DNA of 15,916 nt from a virus (taxonomy: Duplodnaviria > Heunggongvirae > Uroviricota > Caudoviricetes): IMG/VR virus record IMGVR_UViG_2788499997_000004. The stretch is one strand, 5' to 3'. Both the position numbers and the translations under genes were made by a program. The notes under the pieces are model-generated. The model was not told where the DNA came from, did no database searches, and saw only the letters and a list, made by a program, of their open reading frames with translations. Each line of letters opens with the position of its first letter. Within the stretch, counting starts at the first letter, position 1. This document shows positions 5,815 through 14,443 of this stretch, in pieces.

Positions 5815-7140
5815 TTAAACATATGGTGTAATCAACCAATCAATCAAATTAATAGATTTAATACCATCATAAGAAGTATCTAAGCCTGTATTTAAAGAAA
5901 GAACAATTTTTTCATAGTTATCCTTTATTTTTTGAAGTGGTGTTAATTCTCTATCTCGTACTTCTTCACTTTCCATTGATTCAGTAACTTGAATATAAAG
6001 TTTCTCATCAGTCTTGGTGGCGATAAAATCTACTTCTAAATTGTCAACCTTTCCTATAGAAACATCATAACCTCTACGAAGCAACTCTAAATAGACAACA
6101 TTTTCTATAGCATGTCCACTATCTCTGTTTCTGACACCTAACAGGTAATTTCTAAGTCCAATATCAACGATATAGTATTTACCAAGTGTTCTTAAGAATT
6201 CTTTACCTTTGATATCAAATCTTTTGATATCATAAAAAAAGTATGATTCTAACAATGCATTTATATAAGCTTGAACCGTATGAGTACTTGGATTACCTTT
6301 TCGTTTCCCATCCTCAAGAAGCCCTTCATTGACTAGAGTGTTACCAATAGAAGAAACAGAAATATTGTTGCCTATATTATCTGCTAAAAATAGAATAATC
6401 TTTTTTAGAAGAACTGGGTCAGTAATTCTTTTTTGTCCTCTTCGATTTTCTCTCTCAAGAATATCTCTCATAATAACCGTAGAATAAATACCCTCAAGTA
6501 ATACAAATGCTTTTTCTTGGTCAAGTCCTACATCAGCAATACCTGGCATTCCACCAAAACGCATATAAGCTTCAAAAAGTTCTTGAAGGTCATAATATTC
6601 CCCGTTTTTATCAACAACTTGTTTGCGCGTGCCTCCTAAAGCACTTTTTCTTTCCCTGACTTCGAAATCATGAAATATTATAAATTCCATAAATGATAGA
6701 GGTAATACCTTAATTTCTATACATCTTCCTGACAAATAAGTTGCATATTCAGAGGAAAGCATATAAGCATTAGAGCCAGTTACATAGATATCGCAATTGA
6801 AATCAACACGGAAAGAGTTAATAGCATCTTCCCAGTTTGGAACTCTTTGTACTTCATCAAAGAAAAGATACATTCTTTTGTTAGGTATAATGTGTTGTTT
6901 AACATATTCATAGAAAGATTCACTATTCATATCCTTATAGGCATGAGATTCAAAATTCATTTCAAGTATCTGGTCATCATTAATCCCGCTTTCTTTTAAA
7001 TGTAGAATCATAAGCTTTAATAGACTGGATTTTCCACATCTACGAATTCCTGTTACGACTTTGACAGGCTCAGTGTCTTGAAATGCTATGATTTTATTCA
7101 AATATAAATCTCTTTTTTTGAGTTTATGACTATCAATCAT
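5815..7140 (-). CDS. ATP-binding protein, AAA_14 + DUF4143 (COG1373-like), 441 aa
   Basis: Walker A GIRRCGKS, Walker B YLFFDEVQ, YVTGSNA, LSGR, YMRFGGMP, KYYIVDIGL, IENVVYLEL, EVDFIA. SD AAAGGAGGT. Confidence 0.9.
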   Translation of the reverse strand: MIDSHKLKKRDLYLNKIIAFQDTEPVKVVTGIRRCGKSSLLKLMILHLKESGINDDQILEMNFESHAYKDMNSESFYEYVKQHIIPNKRMYLFFDEVQRVPNWEDAINSFRVDFNCDIYVTGSNAYMLSSEYATYLSGRCIEIKVLPLSFMEFIIFHDFEVRERKSALGGTRKQVVDKNGEYYDLQELFEAYMRFGGMPGIADVGLDQEKAFVLLEGIYSTVIMRDILERENRRGQKRITDPVLLKKIILFLADNIGNNISVSSIGNTLVNEGLLEDGKRKGNPSTHTVQAYINALLESYFFYDIKRFDIKGKEFLRTLGKYYIVDIGLRNYLLGVRNRDSGHAIENVVYLELLRRGYDVSIGKVDNLEVDFIATKTDEKLYIQVTESMESEEVRDRELTPLQKIKDNYEKIVLSLNTGLDTSYDGIKSINLIDWLITPYV

Positions 7141-7162
7141 TCGCTATACCTCCTTTAAGCCT

Positions 7163-7191
7163 AGTATAGCATAAACTTTTTAAAAACTCAA
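7163..7191 (-). promoter_or_regulatory. sigma-A promoter of the ATPase gene
   Basis: TTGAGT (7191-7186), 17 bp, TGcTATACT (-10 at 7168-7163). Confidence 0.65.
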
Positions 7192-7486
7192 CTTTATGCA
7201 CTGAAATGCAGAAAGTTCTATTATTTTACAATTATTTGCATTTGATAGCAGAAACTTACAAAAATGAAGTCTTTTTGTCAATTATCTACAATAATTTGAT
7301 GATTGATAGGGGTTTTGAATGTATTGAAACCTCCTCATCATCTCAATCAATCCTAAACAGAATGATTTCGAGTAGAGTTTTGAAGGAATGTGTCTAGAAA
7401 TCACTAAAAAATAGGGGTAAGACACACCATGACTATAAAAATGGGGAGATTTTTAGTATAATTTGAGGGTGAAAGGAGAATTAAAT

Positions 7487-8215
7487 ATGAACCATAATGA
7501 GAAAAAAGCAATAATAAATGAAATAAAAAATGATATTCAAAAGGAAAATGAAAAAATTTATAATGAAATAGATGAAATAAAAAAAGAAAGAAATTTCAAT
7601 AAGATAAATATGTTTTTGACTGTAGTTTCACTGTTAGCAAGTGTATGGATAGGATTTCAAGCAAATAATATAGCAACCACTTCTAACGAAATTAGTTCTA
7701 GACAGGAACCAATAATTGTAAATTATATTGAATCTGATGAAGATATAATATATGAAATTAAGGGGAATGAAAAAGAATATGAAGCCACTTCAAAGAAACC
7801 AGCCATTCAGCTGGTGCAAGGTTCATTGACAGAACTATATGGGATTATTTGCTATGATGAAAATATTCAAAATATAAAAGATATATCAAAAGAACAAAAA
7901 GAAAACTTAAATACTATAAAAGGGGCAACCATGCAATGGGGACCGAAAGACAATTATCAATTAGATAACAATAAAACGTATGATTATGCATTTGTTTATT
8001 TAAAGGATGGTAACGGAAACAGTTATATAAATTTAGTATATGTTGAAATGGAATATAAAGATGGTGAATTTATATGTTCAAGTCCTAAAAAAATAGATGA
8101 AATAGAACTATTACAATATAATAGTGGATATCAATACGAAAATACTATATTTAAAGAAATGATAGAAGACTATCAATATGTTTTAGACGTGTTTAAGACA
8201 GTTAGAAATAAGTGA
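7487..8215 (+). CDS. Hypothetical single-pass membrane protein, 242 aa
   Basis: SD AAGGAG favours ATG 7487. Charged N-terminal coiled coil, TM MFLTVVSLLASVWIGFQA, then an acidic soluble domain. Confidence 0.8.
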   Translation: MNHNEKKAIINEIKNDIQKENEKIYNEIDEIKKERNFNKINMFLTVVSLLASVWIGFQANNIATTSNEISSRQEPIIVNYIESDEDIIYEIKGNEKEYEATSKKPAIQLVQGSLTELYGIICYDENIQNIKDISKEQKENLNTIKGATMQWGPKDNYQLDNNKTYDYAFVYLKDGNGNSYINLVYVEMEYKDGEFICSSPKKIDEIELLQYNSGYQYENTIFKEMIEDYQYVLDVFKTVRNK

Positions 8216-8254
8216 TGTTATCATTAGAAAATGCTAAAAGTTAATATCAAAACG

Positions 8255-8280
8255 AAGAAAACCAAGGGTTTTCTTTTTTT
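8255..8280 (+). terminator. Intrinsic terminator
   Basis: AAGAAAACC-aag-GGTTTTCTT followed by a T run. Confidence 0.6.
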
Positions 8281-8359
8281 GTATTCAATTCAAAGAGAAT
8301 TATTTTTGTATCAAATAGCATATAATAATTCTTATTTATTTAAGAAAGAAGGAATACAT

Positions 8360-8602
8360 ATGAAAAGATACGGATATGTCCGAGTATCAAGCAAGGAGCA
8401 GAATGTAGCAAGGCAGGTAGAAGCCCTGCTTTTTTATCATATTGAAGAAAATAATATCTATATAGATAAACAATCTGGAAAGGATTTCAATAGAGATGAG
8501 TACAACAAAGACTGTAAAGAGCAAGGTGTTTTACAGTCTTTTTCACACAGTATTAATAGATATCATGTTAAATTTGTTAACATCTTTAATATTTATGATT
8601 AG
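8360..8602 (+). pseudogene. Truncated serine resolvase/invertase (N-terminal ~50 aa only)
   Basis: MKRYGYVRVSSKEQNVARQ...IYIDKQSGKDFNRDEY is the serine recombinase N-terminus. The GD...DRLGR motif and the HTH are absent. Similarity ends at ~8505. Confidence 0.85.
8507..8545. terminator. Perfect 12-bp hairpin terminator
   Basis: AAAGACTGTAAA (8507-8518) / TTTACAGTCTTT (8530-8541) followed by more T. Confidence 0.7.
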
Positions 8603-8668
8603 AAAGAAAGCTATTCTTTTAACTATGTTATACTTTTTCTGATTACTGTAGCTAATGAAAGGTATATT

Positions 8669-8779
8669 ATGAATAATGAAAAATTAATAGAGTATTTAAG
8701 GGGAATTGTTGAAATAGAAACAAGTCATTATGGTCAATCTGAACTCATAAAAAGATTAAAAAAGGAATTGAAAACTTGA
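8669..8779 (+). pseudogene. Short ORF or gene remnant (36 aa, MNNEKLIEYLRGIVEIETSHYGQSELIKRLKKELKT)
   Basis: SD GAAAGG and an upstream TGtTATACT (8626-8634). An overlapping frame continues ~30 codons, which suggests a frameshifted relic. Confidence 0.35.
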
Positions 8780-9028
8780 ATAAACTACCTCTAAGGATTC
8801 CAAAACCTATAAAAATGGAGAATCACAGATTTCTAGATATTGTAACGAGCAAGCTCAAAAAGAACTAGAGTTTATGAATCGTATGAACATTCAAGAAAGG
8901 GATGAAAAAAGGTTTGAAAATCAATAAACGAAGTTAATTCTTTAATTGTTTTGTAGTTTTCTTTATGATGAATACATGTTAATAACAAATATAACGAACT
9001 TTTTTCATTTTTGAAATTTAACATAAAT

Positions 9029-9060
9029 AGCACAAAAGTGCATAAAAAAAGAATTAGAAT
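9029..9060 (+). promoter_or_regulatory. Promoter with shared element AGCACAAAAGTGCAT-N11-TAGAAT
   Basis: The 15-mer 9029-9043 is identical to 12411-12425. -10-like hexamer at 9055-9060. Confidence 0.65.
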
Positions 9061-9123
9061 AAGGTTGTAGAAAAAATATCGATATTAAAAACTACAAAAT
9101 TTAATTATAGGAGGATTATTTTA

Positions 9124-11448
9124 ATGCAACCAAGAATTGATGAAATGGTATTAGAAGTTCAGAAATGGTTAAATAAAACATATGGTGATGATAGTAGATT
9201 TAATCGTGTTGAAGAAAATGGTAGAACAGGTTGGCCCACTATTTATGGATTAAGACGTGCTTTGCAAATTGAAATTGGTATCCAAGAAACAAGTGATAGT
9301 TTTGGCCCAACTACATATGCTAAATGTCCTAATATCAATCAAGGAGATGAAGGGAATTTAGTTTATATCGTACAAGGAGGATTATGGTGTAAAGGATATT
9401 CACCTGGAGGTTTTAATGGTTATTATGGGAATGGAACCTATGGAGCTGTTAAGGAATTAAAAGCAGATATGGGCTTTCCAACTGCTTCTGGTAATATGAA
9501 CAGAGACATTATGAAAGCATTATTGGATATGAGCGCATTCGTCTGTTTAGAAGGAGGAACAGATGCTATTCGTTCTATTCAACAACAGTTAAATTATGAT
9601 TATTACGATTATTATCAAATTTGTCCTTGTGATGGGTTATATAATCGTGAAATGAACAAAATGTTGATTTATGCTTTACAAAAAGAATTAGGAATTTCAA
9701 AAAGTGAGGCAACAGGTACATGGGGTCCTACTACTACAAGTTTATGTAAGGAACAATCTTTCTCGTTAGGGACACAAGACCCTATTATTAAGTTGGTTAA
9801 GTATGCTACTGTATGTAATGGTTTTGTAATTGATACATCAACTTCATATTATGATGCTGAGCTAGATAGTGCATTGGAAGATTTTGCTGATTCATTATTA
9901 ATCTCTAAACCAACAAATACTATTAATTATTCAATTATCAAGTCTTTATTAAGTAGTAATGGAGACCCAGATAGAAGTGCTAAGGGGTGTGACACAGCGA
10001 CACAACTCACAACGGCTCAAATTAAGACTTTAAAATCAAATGGATTTGAAATTGTGGGTAGATATTTAACAAAGGTAGAAGGTGGATTAAATAAAAATTT
10101 GACTGATGAAGAAATTAAAAGAATTTTGGATGAGGGATTACGTATCTTTCCGATTTTCCAAGAAGATGGTGGTTCAAATTCTGCCTTTAGTTATGAAAGT
10201 GGTACGAAAAATGCAGAAAATGCATATAAGGCTGCTAAAGAATTTGGTATTCCTTATGGAACAACAATATATTTTGCTGTTGATTACGACCCACAAGTAA
10301 CGGAAATTGTAAATTATATCGTACCATATTTCCAAGGCGTTTGTGCAGTAATGAGCTCATATGGAAAAGCTTCATATAAAGTAGGAGCCTATGGTACAAG
10401 AAATGTTTGTAATATTCTAAAACAAGAAACTGAAGTTACAACACTATTTGTATTAGATTCTTCATATGGATTTAGTGGAAATCTAGGATTTACTATGCCA
10501 AAAGATTGGGCCTTTGACCAATTCTCTGTTGATTTGACATATGGCTCAGGTTCAGGTGCTGTTTCCGTTGATAAAGTAGCTTATTCTGGTAGAGATGATG
10601 GATTTTCCAAAGTGAATCCACAACGACAAAGTGATATTGAAAATGTATATTTTGTAATTAAAGACTTATACGAATTGGCCATGATACACACTGGACAAAA
10701 CGTGAAAGAAAGTAATTTATGTGTTGCACAATATATTAGAGAAAAATCTCAATCATATCGAGGAACTCTTTGGGAGCTAACTGGAGGCAAATTAGATACA
10801 AATTATACTCAAAAAGCTGATGAAAGAGTTGACCAATCTAAAGGATATGATTTTAAAGACCCAGTTAGTGGAATGACGTATGACATTTATCATCTAATGG
10901 CTACTCTTAGTGCCGAACTATATCTTAGTGTAATACCAGGATTTGAGGATATTAATTGGGAAGTATTCGACCCATTAGTAGATGTATTTGCTGGATGGGG
11001 CGGAGATTTGACTACATTTACTGCGGAAGTTAAGAATAAAGGTGGTTCTAATTATAGAAATTGGGCAAAAAATAATATTTGCAGTAAAACAGCAGATACG
11101 ACATTCCCTTATGTAGATTATATTGCTGATATCGATGCATTCAATTTGGGATATTACATGGGAAGTCAAACAAGTATTGCAGATGCATTTTATGATTATT
11201 TTATTGGTTCAAATTCTGAATTAGCGAAGAATAGAAGTGGTTTGTATGTTAAACAAGCTTATGGTGATTTTGATAGTTTTTCTGAAGCAGTTACAGTATT
11301 TCAAGAAGGAATGTTTCCAAATGTTGAGTTCATGGACCCAATGAAATATTTAAAAGAAAAACTATTAGATGGCCAAGAATTACCTGAATTAGAGTATAGA
11401 TTGGCTGCTGCAGATGCATTTATAGAATATGTTATATCTGAGTTGTAA
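9124..11448 (+). CDS. Peptidoglycan-binding + DUF1906 (GH25-like barrel) protein, YbfG/YkuG/BacA-like, 774 aa
   Basis: SD GGAGG. The N-terminus DEMVLEVQKWLNKTY...GRTGWPTIYGLRRALQIE...QGGLWCKGYSPGGF...MKALLDMSAF closely resembles B. subtilis YbfG as recalled. DUF1906 motifs VGRYL, IFPIFQ, IYFAVDYD, VGAYG, WAFDQF. No signal peptide. Confidence 0.85.
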   Translation: MQPRIDEMVLEVQKWLNKTYGDDSRFNRVEENGRTGWPTIYGLRRALQIEIGIQETSDSFGPTTYAKCPNINQGDEGNLVYIVQGGLWCKGYSPGGFNGYYGNGTYGAVKELKADMGFPTASGNMNRDIMKALLDMSAFVCLEGGTDAIRSIQQQLNYDYYDYYQICPCDGLYNREMNKMLIYALQKELGISKSEATGTWGPTTTSLCKEQSFSLGTQDPIIKLVKYATVCNGFVIDTSTSYYDAELDSALEDFADSLLISKPTNTINYSIIKSLLSSNGDPDRSAKGCDTATQLTTAQIKTLKSNGFEIVGRYLTKVEGGLNKNLTDEEIKRILDEGLRIFPIFQEDGGSNSAFSYESGTKNAENAYKAAKEFGIPYGTTIYFAVDYDPQVTEIVNYIVPYFQGVCAVMSSYGKASYKVGAYGTRNVCNILKQETEVTTLFVLDSSYGFSGNLGFTMPKDWAFDQFSVDLTYGSGSGAVSVDKVAYSGRDDGFSKVNPQRQSDIENVYFVIKDLYELAMIHTGQNVKESNLCVAQYIREKSQSYRGTLWELTGGKLDTNYTQKADERVDQSKGYDFKDPVSGMTYDIYHLMATLSAELYLSVIPGFEDINWEVFDPLVDVFAGWGGDLTTFTAEVKNKGGSNYRNWAKNNICSKTADTTFPYVDYIADIDAFNLGYYMGSQTSIADAFYDYFIGSNSELAKNRSGLYVKQAYGDFDSFSEAVTVFQEGMFPNVEFMDPMKYLKEKLLDGQELPELEYRLAAADAFIEYVISEL

Positions 11449-11454
11449 AATTTG

Positions 11455-11491
11455 GGCTAAACGTGAAATTTTATACGTTTAGCCTTTTTTT
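11455..11491. terminator. Bidirectional terminator between convergent genes
   Basis: GGCTAAACGT-10 nt-ACGTTTAGCC then T7. The stop of the minus gene lies in the loop. Confidence 0.75.
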
Positions 11492-12217
11492 GAATAAATA
11501 AATTATAAGCAAAAGGATTGATAGAAAAAGTGTTATGGTAGATATTTCACAGTACAGTTTATATTGGTTTATTTTCTTTTGAATGTTTTTTTGGTATATC
11601 TTAAAATCATATTCAAATAGTTTTCTTCCCACTTGAATGTCATTTTTATTATAATTTTGTGGTTCATATAACCCTTTTTCCTCATAAATGTTTTCTTTTG
11701 TTAATGGGAAAATTAAAGTAGAGTAAATTGTAAATGTATAAGAAGTATTATTTTGGTTTTTATTTGATTCAATATAACTGGTAAAATTGTAATTTCTTTT
11801 TGCTATGTTTTTATCTAAAGCATTTTCAAAATCTTGTTGCAGTTTTTCAAATTCATCTTGATTTTCTTGGGAATATTTTCCGCTAATTGAAAATTGTGCA
11901 TAAGTGTTTGCATCATGCAATGAATAATGTAATGCAGATGTTTTTAAATAAATTGTGTCTTCATAATAAATATGAGGATATTGAAATATATCACAATCAC
12001 GAAATAAAATAAGCAAATCTTTTTCATTATATTGACTTCTTTGAAACTTAGCTTCATCTAATCCTCTGGCATATCCTTTTATTTGAGTGGAATGAAAAAA
12101 AGAATCATCATCTTTATTCTCAACGTATAAATCCAATCTCCAAGAGCAAAACCAAAGAAACAGAAGACTTAATATTGATGATAGTCCTAATAGAGAAATG
12201 ATGATTTTTTTTAACAT
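11471..12217 (-). CDS. Hypothetical membrane protein with N- and C-terminal TM helices, 248 aa
   Basis: SD AAGGAG. TM IIISLLGLSSILSLLFLWF and TM ITLFLSILLLIIYLF flank a ~190-aa loop. Confidence 0.8.
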   Translation of the reverse strand: MLKKIIISLLGLSSILSLLFLWFCSWRLDLYVENKDDDSFFHSTQIKGYARGLDEAKFQRSQYNEKDLLILFRDCDIFQYPHIYYEDTIYLKTSALHYSLHDANTYAQFSISGKYSQENQDEFEKLQQDFENALDKNIAKRNYNFTSYIESNKNQNNTSYTFTIYSTLIFPLTKENIYEEKGLYEPQNYNKNDIQVGRKLFEYDFKIYQKNIQKKINQYKLYCEISTITLFLSILLLIIYLFKKRLNV

Positions 12218-12345
12218 AAATACTCCTTTAGTAATCCATAAGATTTTTTTATGTGTTTTAGTTGTTTTAATATAAAAAGCATGATGATTTTTTTGACTAT
12301 GATTTGCTAGTCTGTGAATTTTTTAACAATATGTTAAGTGTCAAT

Positions 12346-12374
12346 ATGATACCATTATGTTTTATTGTTGTCAA
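12346..12374 (-). promoter_or_regulatory. Strong sigma-A promoter of the membrane protein gene
   Basis: TTGACA (12374-12369), 17 bp, TGgTATCAT (-10 at 12351-12346). Confidence 0.65.
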
Positions 12375-12410
12375 TTATAACTCATGAAAAACTCTAATAT
12401 AGTTTTATAA

Positions 12411-12464
12411 AGCACAAAAGTGCATTGATAATAAAATATAATTAATTTGTAAAACGTTTTACAA
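12411..12464 (+). promoter_or_regulatory. Promoter with shared element AGCACAAAAGTGCAT-N11-TATAAT and downstream 18-bp perfect palindrome
   Basis: 15-mer at 12411-12425, TATAAT at 12437-12442, TTGTAAAACGTTTTACAA at 12447-12464. Confidence 0.65.
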
Positions 12465-12494
12465 GGTTTATTTACTGAGTAGGGAGTATATAAA

Positions 12495-12821
12495 ATGTAT
12501 TATACATATAAAGAAATAGAACTTACTCTAGGATTATACTTTATTGCAAAACAGCACTTATACGAAATGAATATGGAAGAAAGCAGTAAAGCTAATCAAA
12601 CTACTTTTATGGACCTATATAATTATTATTCATATATTGTTCATCTCGTTGATTCTTGGCTACTTCTTTTATTCCCTGATGAGATTTTATTATTAGAAAT
12701 GAGAATAGATAAAGGAATGGGTTTTGATGATATATCAATTGTTTTAGGTTATGCAAATCATAGTTCTGTGCTTAGGAAATATAGACAAATAATTACGAAA
12801 ATTAAATTACGAGTAAATTAG
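12495..12821 (+). CDS. Putative ArpU/RinA-like transcriptional regulator (sigma-70 region-4-type HTH), 108 aa
   Basis: SD GGGAG. C-terminal LFPDEILLLEMRIDKGMGFDDISIVLGYANHSSVLRKYRQIITKI fits a region-4 HTH. It sits upstream of holin-lysin. Confidence 0.55.
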   Translation: MYYTYKEIELTLGLYFIAKQHLYEMNMEESSKANQTTFMDLYNYYSYIVHLVDSWLLLLFPDEILLLEMRIDKGMGFDDISIVLGYANHSSVLRKYRQIITKIKLRVN

Positions 12822-13068
12822 CTAGTGTAATTATTATATTCTATAACAAATAAGGAAGTTCTTTTTTTGTGTGATACATTGTTATATTATTTGAAACTTA
12901 TAATGCTAGATAATAGAGTTAATTCTAGAACTGATATAAAAAATTTTAAAATATGAATTATTTAGATGAGAATATAAATTTAATTATTTCTTGATGGACT
13001 GTGTCTTTATACTAATTGAAGAAAAATATGAAACGTATTCACTGACGCAATGAAAGGAGAATTTATTT

Positions 13069-13500
13069 ATGAAAAAAGCAATCATAAAAGTAGGTATTAT
13101 ATGCATCTTTATTTTAATTATATGGAATATTTTCAATGTTAATGATACTCTAACTTTTTTTCTAATAGGTAGTATGATTATTGACTATTGTTTAGGTACT
13201 TATACTGCTTTCCTACAAAAATCTACGAATTCCATCAATGGGAAATTAAGTTCAAAAGTTGGATATGCAGGTATCATGAAAAAAGTTGGAATATTAGTAA
13301 TGGTGTGGATAGGATATGAAATTGATGTCAATTTTTCTTTGAATATATGTAAAAATATGATTATTGTAGGATATTTAATTAATGAAATTATAAGTATAGA
13401 AGAAAATTTATCAACCATTGGTGTAGAAAAAAATGTGGCTATAAAAAAAGTAATAGCTATTCTAGAAAATTTTATTGATGGAGATGATGAAGATGTTTAA
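13069..13500 (+). CDS. Phage holin family protein (Phage_holin_4_1-like), 143 aa
   Basis: SD AAAGGAG. Motifs IIDYCLG, LSSKVGYAGIMKK, YLINEIISIEENLSTIGV. Confidence 0.85.
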   Translation: MKKAIIKVGIICIFILIIWNIFNVNDTLTFFLIGSMIIDYCLGTYTAFLQKSTNSINGKLSSKVGYAGIMKKVGILVMVWIGYEIDVNFSLNICKNMIIVGYLINEIISIEENLSTIGVEKNVAIKKVIAILENFIDGDDEDV

Positions 13501-14302
13501 GGGAGCTGATATTTCTAAACATAATGGAAAAATTGATTTTTCAATTATCAAAAACCAATTAGATTTTATTATTTTACGTGCTGCATACAGAGGAATAACA
13601 TATAGAAAAATCTACACTGATGAAAAATTTTTTGATAACATTGAACAAATTAATGAAATGAATATTCCTGTGGGATTATACATATATTCTACTGCTGTAA
13701 ATGAAAGTGAGGCTATTAAAGAAGCAGAATACTGTTTGTCGTTAGCAAAAAATTATAGGATTACTTATCCTATTATTATTGATATTGAAGATGAAACAAA
13801 TCAAGGTTGTTTATCAAAACAAGAATTAACCAATATTATTAAAGCGTTTTGTGAAACAATTGAAAATAATAATTATTATGCAATGTTTTATTGTTCGAAG
13901 TATTGGTATACAACAAAACTAGATTCTCAAGCTTTAAAAAAATATGACCGTTGGATAGCTCAATGGGAAGCTAAAGAATGTGAGATAGATTGTGGTATTT
14001 GGCAGTATACATCAAAGGGCAAAATTGTAGGAATTAGTGGCAGTGTAGATTTAAATTATTCTTATAAAAACTATCCATTAATAATAAAGAATAATGAGTT
14101 AAATAAAATAAAAAATAGAACTTATGAAGTAGGAGATAAAGTATCTTTTGATAGATGTTACATTTCAAGTGATTCTGATATATCATTATCTTCTTTGTAT
14201 CATAGTGGAATTATTACAAAAATAATTCCAGGAGCTAAAAATCCATATTTGATAGGTGATGGAATTTGTTGGGTACGAGAAAGTGATATTAAAAATATTT
14301 AA
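13493..14302 (+). CDS. GH25 muramidase (endolysin-like) with C-terminal SH3-like wall-binding domain, 269 aa
   Basis: SD GGAG 13480-13483 favours ATG 13493, overlapping the holin stop. GADISKHNG, PVGLYIYS, catalytic IIDIED, WIAQW, WQYTSKG, VDLN. C-terminal YEVGDKV...KNPYLIG...WVRESDI. Confidence 0.9.
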   Translation: MFKGADISKHNGKIDFSIIKNQLDFIILRAAYRGITYRKIYTDEKFFDNIEQINEMNIPVGLYIYSTAVNESEAIKEAEYCLSLAKNYRITYPIIIDIEDETNQGCLSKQELTNIIKAFCETIENNNYYAMFYCSKYWYTTKLDSQALKKYDRWIAQWEAKECEIDCGIWQYTSKGKIVGISGSVDLNYSYKNYPLIIKNNELNKIKNRTYEVGDKVSFDRCYISSDSDISLSSLYHSGIITKIIPGAKNPYLIGDGICWVRESDIKNI

Positions 14303-14443
14303 GAAACTAGTCAAGAATTCTCGGTTCATAGCGTAGCGATGTGCCGAGATGAATTGACTATATGTTTAAGTGTATATTTGTTATTTATACAAATATATTT
14401 AGATAATTAACAAATATAATCAAAAATATGATATACTATATGT

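Noticed and set aside
7206-7397. 63-aa ORF
   Set aside because: No SD. Lies in the divergent promoter region and has no motifs.
8231-8359. N-terminal extension of the resolvase ORF
   Set aside because: Runs through a terminator hairpin. The family start MKRYGY with an SD is at 8360.
10106-13418. ORFs 10106..10300, 10975..11169 and 13200..13418
   Set aside because: Out-of-frame or antisense shadows of well supported genes.
12495-14302. Intact prophage
   Set aside because: No integrase, terminase, capsid or tail genes in the window. A prophage beyond the IS cannot be excluded.
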